Numbered from the stretch's first letter, positions 29,509-39,206 are shown. The stretch is DNA of 64,000 nucleotides from Candidatus Poseidoniaceae archaeon (GCA_965662895.1 CBFIJH010000008.1:1-64000); one strand, 5' to 3'. Notes: generated from the sequence alone by a model not told the origin. Numbers and translations: made by a program.

Positions 29509-30084
29509 ATGAGAAAACTCGACGAAAAGCGTGAAGTTCTCTACGTCATTCGCGCCATGGACGTCCTCATGTCGTCCGGTATTGGTCTCGAAGCAACCGT
29601 GCACAGCATTTCACAAGGCGGGTACGGAATAATTTCAGAAGATTTCAGTTCCATGATGGATAAAGTCCGGAAAGGCGGTCGACCACTCGCAAAAGAAATC
29701 AAGGCTCTCATGGGAAAGGTCGAAACCGAAGGATATCGGCGTCTTCTCAACATCATGCACATGAACATTACACAGAATACGGATATTATTGAAACGCTCA
29801 AAAAACAAGGTTCGCGAATGGAAGAAGAACGAACGGAAGATGTGAAGAAATACATCGAGGATTTGAGTGGCGTCCCGGAATCATTGCTCTCCATCGGAAT
29901 GATTGGACCAATTATTCTCGCTGTCCTTGGACTCTTTCCACAATTGGTTGGCGATATGGGAGCACTTTTCAGTATGCCTGAACAATCGACAATTGATGTC
30001 GTAGTTAACATCGGATTATTCCTCACGCTTTTTGCAATGGTTATGATCGGCCTCAAGACGCATACGAAAGACCCAGGATTGTGA
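29509..30084 (+). CDS. TadB/TadC (T2SS F-domain) membrane platform protein
   Basis: LMSSGIGLEA...GYGIISEDF F-domain followed by two TMs; SD GAGGTGA. Confidence 0.8.
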   Translation: MRKLDEKREVLYVIRAMDVLMSSGIGLEATVHSISQGGYGIISEDFSSMMDKVRKGGRPLAKEIKALMGKVETEGYRRLLNIMHMNITQNTDIIETLKKQGSRMEEERTEDVKKYIEDLSGVPESLLSIGMIGPIILAVLGLFPQLVGDMGALFSMPEQSTIDVVVNIGLFLTLFAMVMIGLKTHTKDPGL

Positions 30085-30085
30085 T

Positions 30086-30820
30086 TTGATGCTTTTCCGT
30101 TTCCTTGAGTCGTTTAGCAATCAACCGATGATGCTGATGCTCGGAGTTCTTGGACTCGGCATGATTGGGGGAGGGATTCCTCCGATTCGAGAGCGAATTC
30201 GTCGACGAAAAATCGAGAATGCTCTTCCTTCTTTCTTGGAAGGTCTCTCTGATGAGGTAGGAGCAGGTCTCGGAATTCAAGAAGCGATGCAACATCAGGC
30301 AAAATCTGCGCCTGCTCCACTCGGACCCCTTCTTGAGGAGACGCTGAAGGAGAGCCATTCAAGTTCATTTGACGCTGCACTCTCAAGTTTTGCAACAAAA
30401 TCCCGCTCATCTCAAGTTCAACGCGTCATGCATTTGCTCGAAACTGCAATCGAACAGAATGCTCCATTGCAAGACATATTGATGAATCTCTCCATGGATT
30501 ACGAGCGTTTGAACGATCTGATGAACAAAAGAGAATCCGAACTTCAAGGTCGTGGTCTTCTCATCGTTCTGTTTGTTTGCATTGGACTACCAGGGCTCAT
30601 TGGATTCCTCGTCGGTCTGTTTACACCTGCTTCGTCAGGTTTTCAAATCGAAGGTTTTCTCTCAACATTCAGCTTGTTCTTCGCCGTTGCAAGCGCCATC
30701 GGTGTAGCCGTCTCTGGACGTATGCTTGGCCGCATGCGAGATACCATGTGGTTTGTTCCTGGATGGATGGCAATGTCGATGTTCATTTTCCTCGGTGCTA
30801 CGAAATTAATTGGAGGCTAA
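30086..30820 (+). CDS. TadC/FlaJ-like (T2SS F-domain) membrane platform protein
   Basis: RRKIENALPSFLEGLSDEVGAGLGIQEA...LGPLL; C-terminal TMs. Confidence 0.85.
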   Translation: MMLFRFLESFSNQPMMLMLGVLGLGMIGGGIPPIRERIRRRKIENALPSFLEGLSDEVGAGLGIQEAMQHQAKSAPAPLGPLLEETLKESHSSSFDAALSSFATKSRSSQVQRVMHLLETAIEQNAPLQDILMNLSMDYERLNDLMNKRESELQGRGLLIVLFVCIGLPGLIGFLVGLFTPASSGFQIEGFLSTFSLFFAVASAIGVAVSGRMLGRMRDTMWFVPGWMAMSMFIFLGATKLIGG

Positions 30821-30823
30821 AGT

Positions 30824-32068
30824 ATGTCAGAACAAATTCTTGAACAATATGGGAATGTTACAATCTACACGGAATCAAACCACCCTTCTCCAATTTATCA
30901 TGTCGAAGGAAACGTTGCACCGAACCCGCATGGCAATCTTGCCGTTTTGTTCGAAGATGATAATCTGGAAGAAGTCATGTACAACGGTGGGACGCAATGT
31001 GTGAAAGTCGCTCACCGAAAGCACGGAATGTGCCGTACCAACGTTTGGATCAACGATGAAGAAGGCCTGCAAATTGCCAAAAACATCGCCGCGTTCACAA
31101 ATGTCCCTCTTGGAGATGGACCAGGAATGGTACCAATTTTTGATGGAAGGCTACCGGATGGATCACGTGTGAACGGAACCATACCTCCGGTTTCGCCGGA
31201 CGGACCTACACTTACAATTCGTAAATTCAAAGAAGATCCTTTGACGATGATCGACTTGGTGAAATTCGGAACCGTCAATTCTCGTCTTGCGGCGATGATG
31301 TGGGTTTGGATTGAAGGGCTTGATAGCAGGCCAGCCAACTTTGTCATTGCTGGCGGGACAGGTTCAGGTAAGACAACGACGCTGAATTGTCTTGGAATGT
31401 ACATTCCATGGCATCGCCGTCTTTTGACGGTGGAGGATACGGCAGAATTGCAAGTGTATCACGACCATTGGTTGCGGATGGAAACCCGCCGAGAACGCCC
31501 AGATGGAACACCGGAAGTCGACATGAACGATTGTCTAAAGTCAAGCCTACGTATGCGCCCAGACCGCATCATCGTCGGGGAAGTACGCGGTCCAGAGGCT
31601 GCAACGCTGCTCACTGCCATGAACACTGGACACGATGGGTCGTTCGGCAGCCTACACGCAAACACTGCTCAGGAAACCGTAACCAGAATGATCAATCCGC
31701 CAATGAATGTACCACCAATTATGCTTACTGGTCTTGACCTCATCATCATCCAGGCTCGATTGCATGTCAATGGAAAGACGGCTCGTAAGATTACTGAAGT
31801 TGCTGAAATTGCAGGAATGGAAGGCTCAAAACCTCGCTTGAATACAATCTGGAAGTACAACGCAGCGACCGATCAGATCGAAGAGACTGGAATTCCTTCA
31901 AATCTTCGCGAGGTCATCTGTAGAGCCGCTGGTGTTACCCCGGACGTTTTCGAAAAGCATGTTCAACAGCGTCAACAAATCATTGAAGATTTGATTGCTC
32001 GAGACATCACCGATATCCAATCCGTAACAACAGTCATTCAGAACTTCTACGCTCAAAGTCATCATTGA
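30824..32068 (+). CDS. TadA/CpaF/VirB11-family secretion ATPase
   Basis: Walker A GGTGSGKTT, VEDTAEL, LRMRPDRIIVGEVRG, GHDGSFGSLHA. Confidence 0.93.
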   Translation: MSEQILEQYGNVTIYTESNHPSPIYHVEGNVAPNPHGNLAVLFEDDNLEEVMYNGGTQCVKVAHRKHGMCRTNVWINDEEGLQIAKNIAAFTNVPLGDGPGMVPIFDGRLPDGSRVNGTIPPVSPDGPTLTIRKFKEDPLTMIDLVKFGTVNSRLAAMMWVWIEGLDSRPANFVIAGGTGSGKTTTLNCLGMYIPWHRRLLTVEDTAELQVYHDHWLRMETRRERPDGTPEVDMNDCLKSSLRMRPDRIIVGEVRGPEAATLLTAMNTGHDGSFGSLHANTAQETVTRMINPPMNVPPIMLTGLDLIIIQARLHVNGKTARKITEVAEIAGMEGSKPRLNTIWKYNAATDQIEETGIPSNLREVICRAAGVTPDVFEKHVQQRQQIIEDLIARDITDIQSVTTVIQNFYAQSHH

Positions 32069-33810
32069 TCGTCTTGCAACTGAAGCCTCGAGAGTAAGGC
32101 ATCAACACGATCGATTTTTCCTCGAACTTCACCAACACGCTCTGCAGCATCTGCGACGGATTCTGCAACCTGCATCTCAGGCTCATCAAGATCGACTTCT
32201 TGCGGTTTGAAAGTTGATGCAAGAGCTTTGAGTTCTGCAACGATTGCATCAACCTGTTCATCACTCACCAAAATTCCTGGTGCAAGACGTGGTATCTGAC
32301 TTGGTGTTAGATATCCCAATTCTGTACCTACAATTCCTGCACATGCAAGGACTCGAGGACGAAGTTCAGAAGTGTTGACAAGATAACCTTTTGATTCGAG
32401 GAATCGTATGATAAGACTCTGTTGTGCTTCTGAAAATTCTCCTTCACTCGACTCGAGAACGGTTTCGACAAGCGACTCAAAGGATGGCAGGTTTCTCTCC
32501 AAACGTTCGATGGTTCGACGAACCTCATCCGGCAGATGGACTGCACCATGATAGAGAATACGGAGCATTCGATTTCTTCGAGCAGTCGCTGGATCTTGCA
32601 ATTCCTCAGCTTCGCTGATTTCAAGATGGAGATCAAACAAAGCATGCAGCCTTCCAGAGACTGCAGGGCTTCTCAAATCCAATCCGAGACCTCGCGCTTC
32701 CTCCTCAAATTCCATTCGTGCTTGTACCAAATTCCCCTGCCGTCCAGCAACAATTTCAGATATTCGTTCCCGCAACTGAGGGCGCATCTGTTCAAACAAT
32801 CGAATCGCCTCTCGTTCAGACCACGAGCCGGGTTTGCTTGAGAGTGCATTTTTTTCTTGTTCGTATCGATACGATGTTTCCATAATTATCGTCCGAATTG
32901 CATCTTGTACGCGCAGTAGGTCCACCGAAAACCCGTGGTTTGAAAGACTCATGATAAACGAATTCATATCGTCCATATCGGTTGTGCTACCAACCAACAA
33001 GTAGTCTCTTGCAGCAGCTTCAATCTCTGGACGACGGGAGGAGATTTCCAACAATGCAGCCTCTTCTTCAAGGGTCGGTTCTTCTGTTGCAAGTTCCTGC
33101 AGCATTGGAGGAACCGGTTGTTCGACTTCAACGATGTGTGCTTGAAGGCTTTCTTCTATAGATACTGCCATATCGGAGAGAGAACGATCAAAACGTTCTG
33201 ATTTTTCGATTAATTCGGATTCTTCTTCGAACGTCCATCCTTCAGGATGTTCGGAAACAAAAGCATCCACTGTTTCTTCAATGGAAGACTGCTCAGGAGT
33301 TGTTTCTTCATCTGACTCTCCTTTGACAGGTATCTTTACTGAACCTCCACCTCGTTTTAGAGAACGTTTGATGACACCCCAATTCTTGTATTGGGCTGAA
33401 AGAACACCGGCGACGCGTATGAGCAGCGTTTGGCGATTACCCGAACGAGGCAACTCCAAGGCTTTGCATAATGCATGCAATTCCTCCTTCGTCATCTTGT
33501 CAAGATTTTCCTCTTTAAGTTGCTTTGGATCGTGGTTGAGATGCAAATACAAACGCTGTCGACGGGTTCGTAATGAACCTGTTTTCTTAATTCCAAAAAC
33601 CCCGAGAAGGTCCCCGAGGTCGCTGTTAAGGATACTTTTCAACCCATCCAAAGTTAAATCCCATTCTGGCAAAATCAAGTCACGAATTAATTGTGCTCGT
33701 AGAAATTCAACAGAGCCATTTTTTGCGAGACCATAGGCTGAAGCAATCTCTTTGAGATCCTCGAGGCGTGCCTGATAAAGTTCAGACAGAAGACTCGAAC
33801 GATTGCTCAT
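32062..33810 (-). CDS. Protein with three N-terminal SAP-like DNA-binding motifs and an acidic helical C-terminal region
   Basis: LEDLKEIASAYGLAKNGSVEFLRAQL; NSDLGDLLGVFGIKKTGSLRTRRQRL; MTKEELHALCKALELPRSGNRQTLLIRV. Confidence 0.72.
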   Translation of the reverse strand: MSNRSSLLSELYQARLEDLKEIASAYGLAKNGSVEFLRAQLIRDLILPEWDLTLDGLKSILNSDLGDLLGVFGIKKTGSLRTRRQRLYLHLNHDPKQLKEENLDKMTKEELHALCKALELPRSGNRQTLLIRVAGVLSAQYKNWGVIKRSLKRGGGSVKIPVKGESDEETTPEQSSIEETVDAFVSEHPEGWTFEEESELIEKSERFDRSLSDMAVSIEESLQAHIVEVEQPVPPMLQELATEEPTLEEEAALLEISSRRPEIEAAARDYLLVGSTTDMDDMNSFIMSLSNHGFSVDLLRVQDAIRTIIMETSYRYEQEKNALSSKPGSWSEREAIRLFEQMRPQLRERISEIVAGRQGNLVQARMEFEEEARGLGLDLRSPAVSGRLHALFDLHLEISEAEELQDPATARRNRMLRILYHGAVHLPDEVRRTIERLERNLPSFESLVETVLESSEGEFSEAQQSLIIRFLESKGYLVNTSELRPRVLACAGIVGTELGYLTPSQIPRLAPGILVSDEQVDAIVAELKALASTFKPQEVDLDEPEMQVAESVADAAERVGEVRGKIDRVDALLSRLQLQDDQ

Positions 33811-33982
33811 CACGTTCACCTGAGTTTGGTTATTTCCTTACAGTATATGTGGTTTCGCTGTCAAATCAGTACCAAGAGCCCGATTTTTCGTCCGATTTTA
33901 CCGGACGGGATACATGTTTTCTGTGAGTAAATTTGGCTAAACCTTGAAACACGTTCGACACTCAGGGTGAGTTGGTGAGTGA

Positions 33983-34600
33983 ATGGTTAGTGCTGAGAAG
34001 ACCGCGAGAACTATGCTCAAACAAGCCAGCGAACTTGGTACCACGCTTCGCGAAATAGTTCGCAGAGATCTAGCCGATGAGACACGGCGATTCAACGACA
34101 CCCTCAATCAACGTATTCAACTTGCTAGCGAAGCGATCGTCCAAGCGGTCAAGGCCAAAGAAGCAATAGCAGCCGGCGCATCTTCAATCAGCACGAAATT
34201 AGAAAAGGCACACCGTCGATATTCAAAGAACAACAACATCGAGGAGTTTCGTGGAGTTCTTCAATCCACACTCTCCGAAGTCCAACAATTGCGAGAGCAG
34301 CATGAATCCGTAGCGAATTCACTCCGTGAAGCCCAGACGCCAAGCCGCTCCGCTGTTGAGATTGTTGAGCGCTTTGCGATTGAATTGCAAAAAGCGGCTG
34401 GCGGTTGGGAAGCGACTGGAAGAGAGATTGATGAAATCATTGCCAACCTTTGCGATCCAAATCCCGATGTTGCCCTTATTGAATTGGAAAAGTACCTTAC
34501 AGAGAACGGTTTTGAAATCGTTCTTGTTGGAGAAAACCGGAGCGAAGAAGCCCTTTCTGAAGCACGAAGGCAACTTGGTTATTCTGATTCATCGGAGTGA
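33983..34600 (+). CDS. Hypothetical alpha-helical/coiled-coil protein
   Basis: 205-aa ORF with SD GGTGA; amphipathic helical composition. Confidence 0.7.
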   Translation: MVSAEKTARTMLKQASELGTTLREIVRRDLADETRRFNDTLNQRIQLASEAIVQAVKAKEAIAAGASSISTKLEKAHRRYSKNNNIEEFRGVLQSTLSEVQQLREQHESVANSLREAQTPSRSAVEIVERFAIELQKAAGGWEATGREIDEIIANLCDPNPDVALIELEKYLTENGFEIVLVGENRSEEALSEARRQLGYSDSSE

Positions 34601-35664
34601 AGTCGCATCATTGCAGGTCGTTCCTCATGGAATTCATCTGGCATGTCGCGAATTCTGCGATTGGTTGCTCCATGCTCTGAGGTGAGTGTTGTGAGCATGT
34701 TGCCCCATTCTTGAAGGAGGTTGACCATTGCAACACGATGCTTTTCAATTGGACCAATTTGTTCAGCTGAAGCGCTGACTTTTCCATCTACGCTCAATGT
34801 TTCAATCTTCATTTCGACCCGGGTTGCTGCATCTTTGACGTTCTTTTCGGTATCGATCATAGCCGTCATTGTCCAATCATCGTTGCTTCGTTTCGCTTCT
34901 CGCAAAATTGTTCCAACACCTCGCTGTTCAACATGAATGCCAGTAATATCGACGAGTTCAGCAGGTATACTTTCAAGCAAAGAGGATTCAATACGGTAAG
35001 CAAATTCTGCGGAAGGGTCGAGGATATGCTCAATCCTCTTCTTTGGAAAGCCAACCCGTCCTACGAGAAGCGTGAAGCCATTCAATGGAGGTGGCACAAA
35101 GTGAGATCGTTCGGGTGAGCCCTTCTGCAACCCAAGTGTGTGCCTTCGTGTTTTACTTGAGAGGAGGTTGTATTGTGAACGTTTCACAACATAACCGTCA
35201 ATCTCTCCTTCCGTCCTCAATGCTTCAAGTTGTTCGATCTCCTCACGAGATTCAAAATCGACATCGATAAGATTGACCTCATCATTTCTGAGGAGAACTA
35301 TATCCTGCCGTAAGCGAAGCATCTGCCGTTGTAAGAGAGGGTGATGACAGACAATACGAGCATTCTTGATGAGATATTCAGGTTTATCCTCACTGACAAG
35401 AACCCAGGTTGGTTCACGGCGAGACAGTAAACCAACGATGGCAATGTTCTCGTTCTGATGTTCAATCCAATTTTGAGGGCTCATTGCGACCAAGTCACCT
35501 ACGCCCTCAGCGAGAAGAACAAGTGAATCCTCAATCGTCGGAGTTTGGCGTAAAAGAGCATTAAACGTCTTACTGCGTTGCTCTAGGACCTTCTCAATCT
35601 GTTGTCGTACACCGTCGCCATGAGAAGATGTTGAAAGGAACACTAAGCGTTCATCGTCCATCAA
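34579..35664 (-). CDS. Divergent HemC (porphobilinogen deaminase)-like protein, probably inactive
   Basis: Colinear HemC-like segments (GDLVAMS, RREPTWVLVS, QRQMLRLRQDI, GEIDGYVV, FVPPPLNG) but cofactor-binding Cys and key Arg/Asp not seen. Confidence 0.6.
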   Translation of the reverse strand: MMDDERLVFLSTSSHGDGVRQQIEKVLEQRSKTFNALLRQTPTIEDSLVLLAEGVGDLVAMSPQNWIEHQNENIAIVGLLSRREPTWVLVSEDKPEYLIKNARIVCHHPLLQRQMLRLRQDIVLLRNDEVNLIDVDFESREEIEQLEALRTEGEIDGYVVKRSQYNLLSSKTRRHTLGLQKGSPERSHFVPPPLNGFTLLVGRVGFPKKRIEHILDPSAEFAYRIESSLLESIPAELVDITGIHVEQRGVGTILREAKRSNDDWTMTAMIDTEKNVKDAATRVEMKIETLSVDGKVSASAEQIGPIEKHRVAMVNLLQEWGNMLTTLTSEHGATNRRIRDMPDEFHEERPAMMRLHSDESE

Positions 35665-35730
35665 ATCACCTCGGCCAAGGCCCCCTCAGCAATCTATGGG
35701 CGTAGACCACTCGTTAAGAAGGACACCCTC

Positions 35731-36726
35731 GTGGGTTATAACGTGCAAGCGATTCCTGAAGCGCAACTTCTACGTCTTGAAGACCTTCGAGAAAAGGTAA
35801 ATCAAGCGCTTGAAGCGCTAATTCAACGTGAAGTGGACAAAGGCGCAGGCGAAGTTGCCCAACTCTCCGGCGAAATGTTGTTGTCGGGGGGAAAACGACT
35901 CCGTCCTCTGCTCGGCATTTTTTGTTACGAAGTTGCTGGAGGAAGAGATCTCGATGAAATCATGGACCTTGCTTTAGCCTTCGAGTTGATTCACACTGCG
36001 ACACTGATCCACGATGACATCAACGATGCGGCAAAACTACGAAGAGGTGTTACAACCTTGCACGAACGCATTGGCCAACCGAAAGCCATCATCGCAGGAG
36101 ATTGGCTTTTTGTCCAAGGATATGGTCTAAGTGGAAGATACACAAAAGATTGCATCGATTTGATTCGAGAGGCATGTGCAAACATTGCTGTCTCTGAATT
36201 CAAACAACTCGATCATGTCCTTGACTTGTCGACGTCTCCAGAAGATTATCTCGAAATCGTCAAGGGAAAAACGGCAGGTCCTTTCGCTGCTGTGTGTGAA
36301 AGCGCAGCCATCATCGCAGGAGCCTCGAGCGAGCAGTCCAAGGCCTTGGGTCGTTTTGGAATGGAGTTGGGAATCGCCTTCCAACTGATGGATGATTTGC
36401 TTGACCTCCGTGGTGACGAACGCATGGGTAAACCGCGAGGAAAAGATGTTATCGAAGGGAAAATGACACTCCCTCTCATTCATGCACTCACCCTGCTCCA
36501 CGGTGGCCGGAGGCGTCATCTTGCAGAAATTCTGAACAATTTTAATGACAACCTTTGGGATGAATTGATGGGGCTCCTCGAAACCTCGGACTCGATTCAA
36601 TATGCTGAATCGTTGATGCTGATTCACCTCGAGCGTGCAACCCATGAACTTGAGCAATTCCCATCATCCATGGCAAAATCTTTGCTTTTGAAAGTTGTAG
36701 AAAACGTCCACAGCCGTCACCTCTGA
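35731..36726 (+). CDS. trans-Polyprenyl diphosphate synthase
   Basis: GGKRLRP, LIHDDIND, RRG, GKTA, FQLMDDLLD. Confidence 0.92.
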   Translation: MGYNVQAIPEAQLLRLEDLREKVNQALEALIQREVDKGAGEVAQLSGEMLLSGGKRLRPLLGIFCYEVAGGRDLDEIMDLALAFELIHTATLIHDDINDAAKLRRGVTTLHERIGQPKAIIAGDWLFVQGYGLSGRYTKDCIDLIREACANIAVSEFKQLDHVLDLSTSPEDYLEIVKGKTAGPFAAVCESAAIIAGASSEQSKALGRFGMELGIAFQLMDDLLDLRGDERMGKPRGKDVIEGKMTLPLIHALTLLHGGRRRHLAEILNNFNDNLWDELMGLLETSDSIQYAESLMLIHLERATHELEQFPSSMAKSLLLKVVENVHSRHL

Positions 36727-36735
36727 GGTGTATGA

Positions 36736-37872
36736 ATGGAAATTGAGCATCGAGAAGTCATCATCGTCGGAGCCGGGCCTGCTGGGACAACCTGTGCTCA
36801 GCGATTAGCAGAAGACGATATCGATGTCTTGATTCTCGAACGAAGAGCAATCGTTGGCAATCCTGCTCAATGCGGAGAGTGCATTCCGAATTGGGGGGAA
36901 GTTGTCGGAACCTTCCATGGCATCGATGACCATGAGTGGTTGATTGAATCCTTCAATTTCCCAGATCGAGTTCAACTCCATCGACTTGACCATATGAGAG
37001 TCTTCCTGCCGAGCGGGAAATCCTACAACTTTGACCTGGACGCCTTCGCAGGGCACCGTTTGCAATTCGATGGCTATCTTGCTGAAAAGGCAATTACTGC
37101 TGGTGCTGAAATACGAATGTCCGAACCTGTCACCAACATCAAACGAAGGACAAAATCGGATTCCCTCCTTATCGTAACCGAAAAGAATCGTTATACATGC
37201 GATTTATTGATTGATGCAAGCGGTTCACTGGCTCATGTTGCTCGATTTCTTCAAGGAAAGGACAAGGATTTCCGGCCAGCGGACCAAGTCCCTACGGCCT
37301 ACGCACAGGTTCGTGGGAATGTACCAGAAACGTTCGATGTATTCCTTGGCAGTGTTGCTCCAAAAGGCTATGCATGGATTATTCCGAAAGGCCCAGACAC
37401 AGCAAATGTAGGCCTCGGAGTTCGTGCAGGAGCGCTCAAAGGTTCGATCAAAGAGCACCTCAAGACGTTCTGTGAGGACCTCGGATTCGAGATACTCTCA
37501 ATCGGAGGTGGATGGATTCCAATGGGTGGACCAATCAAAACGATGGTCGACAAGAATGTGATCGCCGTTGGAGATGCTGCAGGCTTGGTCATGCCCTCAA
37601 ATGGAGGAGGTATTTCGCAAGCGATGATTTCTGGCTGCTTTGCAGCAGAAGCATATCTCGATCACAAGCGAGATGGGACGCCGTTGGAAGCTTATCAGGA
37701 ACGTATCAAATCCTGCTTTGGAAGGGCGTTGAAAAACTCTCTCCGCTCGAAAAATATGGGATATCTGATGTTCCAGAACGATTTCATCACAGAGATTCTC
37801 CTGCGAATACTCGGTCCAATTGGTGGGATCAAAAGAGCGATGGAATGCGACAAACCGCTCTGGGTATTGTAA
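36736..37872 (+). CDS. Geranylgeranyl reductase-family flavoprotein
   Basis: GAGPAG, CGE, PKGYAWIIPKG, VGDAAG..MPSNGGGI. Confidence 0.88.
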   Translation: MEIEHREVIIVGAGPAGTTCAQRLAEDDIDVLILERRAIVGNPAQCGECIPNWGEVVGTFHGIDDHEWLIESFNFPDRVQLHRLDHMRVFLPSGKSYNFDLDAFAGHRLQFDGYLAEKAITAGAEIRMSEPVTNIKRRTKSDSLLIVTEKNRYTCDLLIDASGSLAHVARFLQGKDKDFRPADQVPTAYAQVRGNVPETFDVFLGSVAPKGYAWIIPKGPDTANVGLGVRAGALKGSIKEHLKTFCEDLGFEILSIGGGWIPMGGPIKTMVDKNVIAVGDAAGLVMPSNGGGISQAMISGCFAAEAYLDHKRDGTPLEAYQERIKSCFGRALKNSLRSKNMGYLMFQNDFITEILLRILGPIGGIKRAMECDKPLWVL

Positions 37873-37932
37873 ACCATAGTTGTCTTCGGATTCCATCGGT
37901 GTGTTCAAGTCTTAGCAATGCCAGCACATTAC

Positions 37933-38424
37933 ATGGCGACAATGCGCAGGGATGACGAAGCGGTCAGCCCTGTTATCGCTACTGTCCTGCTTCTTGCCAT
38001 CACCGTAATGCTCTCAGGAATGGTTTTCATTTTGATGCAAGGCGCCTTGAATACAGCAGAAAAAGCACCGCCACAAATGACGGTGAGTGTACGTTCTCTC
38101 GACAATGGATACCATGTTGTCCGAATCACAAGTTTGGACCAAACCCTCGACCCTGCTCGAGTCTCGTTTAGCCTTCAGGAACCGGGTGGAGATTCCAACA
38201 CCTCGTTTGCGGGCTATGTCAATGACGCAGAGGTATACTCAGTGGTTGGTTCGAACATCTCGTTCCATGACCGCGATGCGAGTTACTCAATTTCAGCAGG
38301 TGATTACTTTGTCATCCATTCGGAGGAAATCGGCACGGATGAGGGCGTCTGGGACTTCGTCTTACTCGAGGAATCCATACAATACGTGCTGGTTCGAGTT
38401 GAATTGCCTCCAATGAACTCATGA
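37933..38424 (+). CDS. Archaeal type IV pilin-like protein (class III signal peptide)
   Basis: RRDDEA|VSPVIATVLLLAITVMLSGMVF. Confidence 0.88.
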   Translation: MATMRRDDEAVSPVIATVLLLAITVMLSGMVFILMQGALNTAEKAPPQMTVSVRSLDNGYHVVRITSLDQTLDPARVSFSLQEPGGDSNTSFAGYVNDAEVYSVVGSNISFHDRDASYSISAGDYFVIHSEEIGTDEGVWDFVLLEESIQYVLVRVELPPMNS

Positions 38425-39168
38425 GTTGTCGTCAACGTCGTTGAGGGCTCGAATAAAGTTCAACTGAGCATTCTTTTCTCGAAATGCTTGCTGAATGACG
38501 GAAAACAACTCCTCTGCTGAAGTTGAACAGAGGGCCTGTTGTCGTTCTACTTGTTTGTCAAGTACCGCATTGGCGACTTGCCACAACGAAGGGACATCGT
38601 ATGGAAGAAATTCTTCCTCAAGGATGAGCAACATTTGTTCGAGTTCCACTTCCTCGTTCCTGAACATGGCATTCACATCAACGATATGTTGAGCCCAATC
38701 ATGAAGGAACTCGGCCCAATCTTCCGCTGGTAACTCGCCTTCCAAATCATCAAGCAATCGGATCGTGGCTCGGAGATACAACTTCCCCTCTGGTTCATGA
38801 TCAATGTATTGTTCGACCAAATCATCAACGCTTGGGTAAATATCACCAAACGGCATGGAAGGTAGTGCAGATTGAATGACATCAATGATTTCAAAACGTT
38901 GGGCGCCATTTGCAGTGAACATGATGTTCGTTCCTTGTTCTTTCATATCTTCAACGGTGCAAAGAACACCAAAAGAACCAGGTTGTGACCACCCGTCGAT
39001 GACATCGGATTCTGGGTCGTGTGCGATGTACCCAAACGGACGCTCATCAATGGTGCAATCATCGAGCATTTGTTTGTATCTTGGTTCAAAAACACGCAGA
39101 GGTTCACGCACCATTGGAAAGATTCCAGACGGTAAAACGAACAAAGGGACTGTCTGAAACTCGGCCAT
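38419..39168 (-). CDS. LON peptidase substrate-binding (N-terminal) domain protein
   Basis: VPLFVL...IFP....PLRVFEPRYKQMLDDC; GAQRFEI. Confidence 0.85.
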   Translation of the reverse strand: MAEFQTVPLFVLPSGIFPMVREPLRVFEPRYKQMLDDCTIDERPFGYIAHDPESDVIDGWSQPGSFGVLCTVEDMKEQGTNIMFTANGAQRFEIIDVIQSALPSMPFGDIYPSVDDLVEQYIDHEPEGKLYLRATIRLLDDLEGELPAEDWAEFLHDWAQHIVDVNAMFRNEEVELEQMLLILEEEFLPYDVPSLWQVANAVLDKQVERQQALCSTSAEELFSVIQQAFREKNAQLNFIRALNDVDDNS

Positions 39169-39206
39169 GTACTGAATTTGACATAGTCCTCTTCAAGGAT
39201 TGTGTT

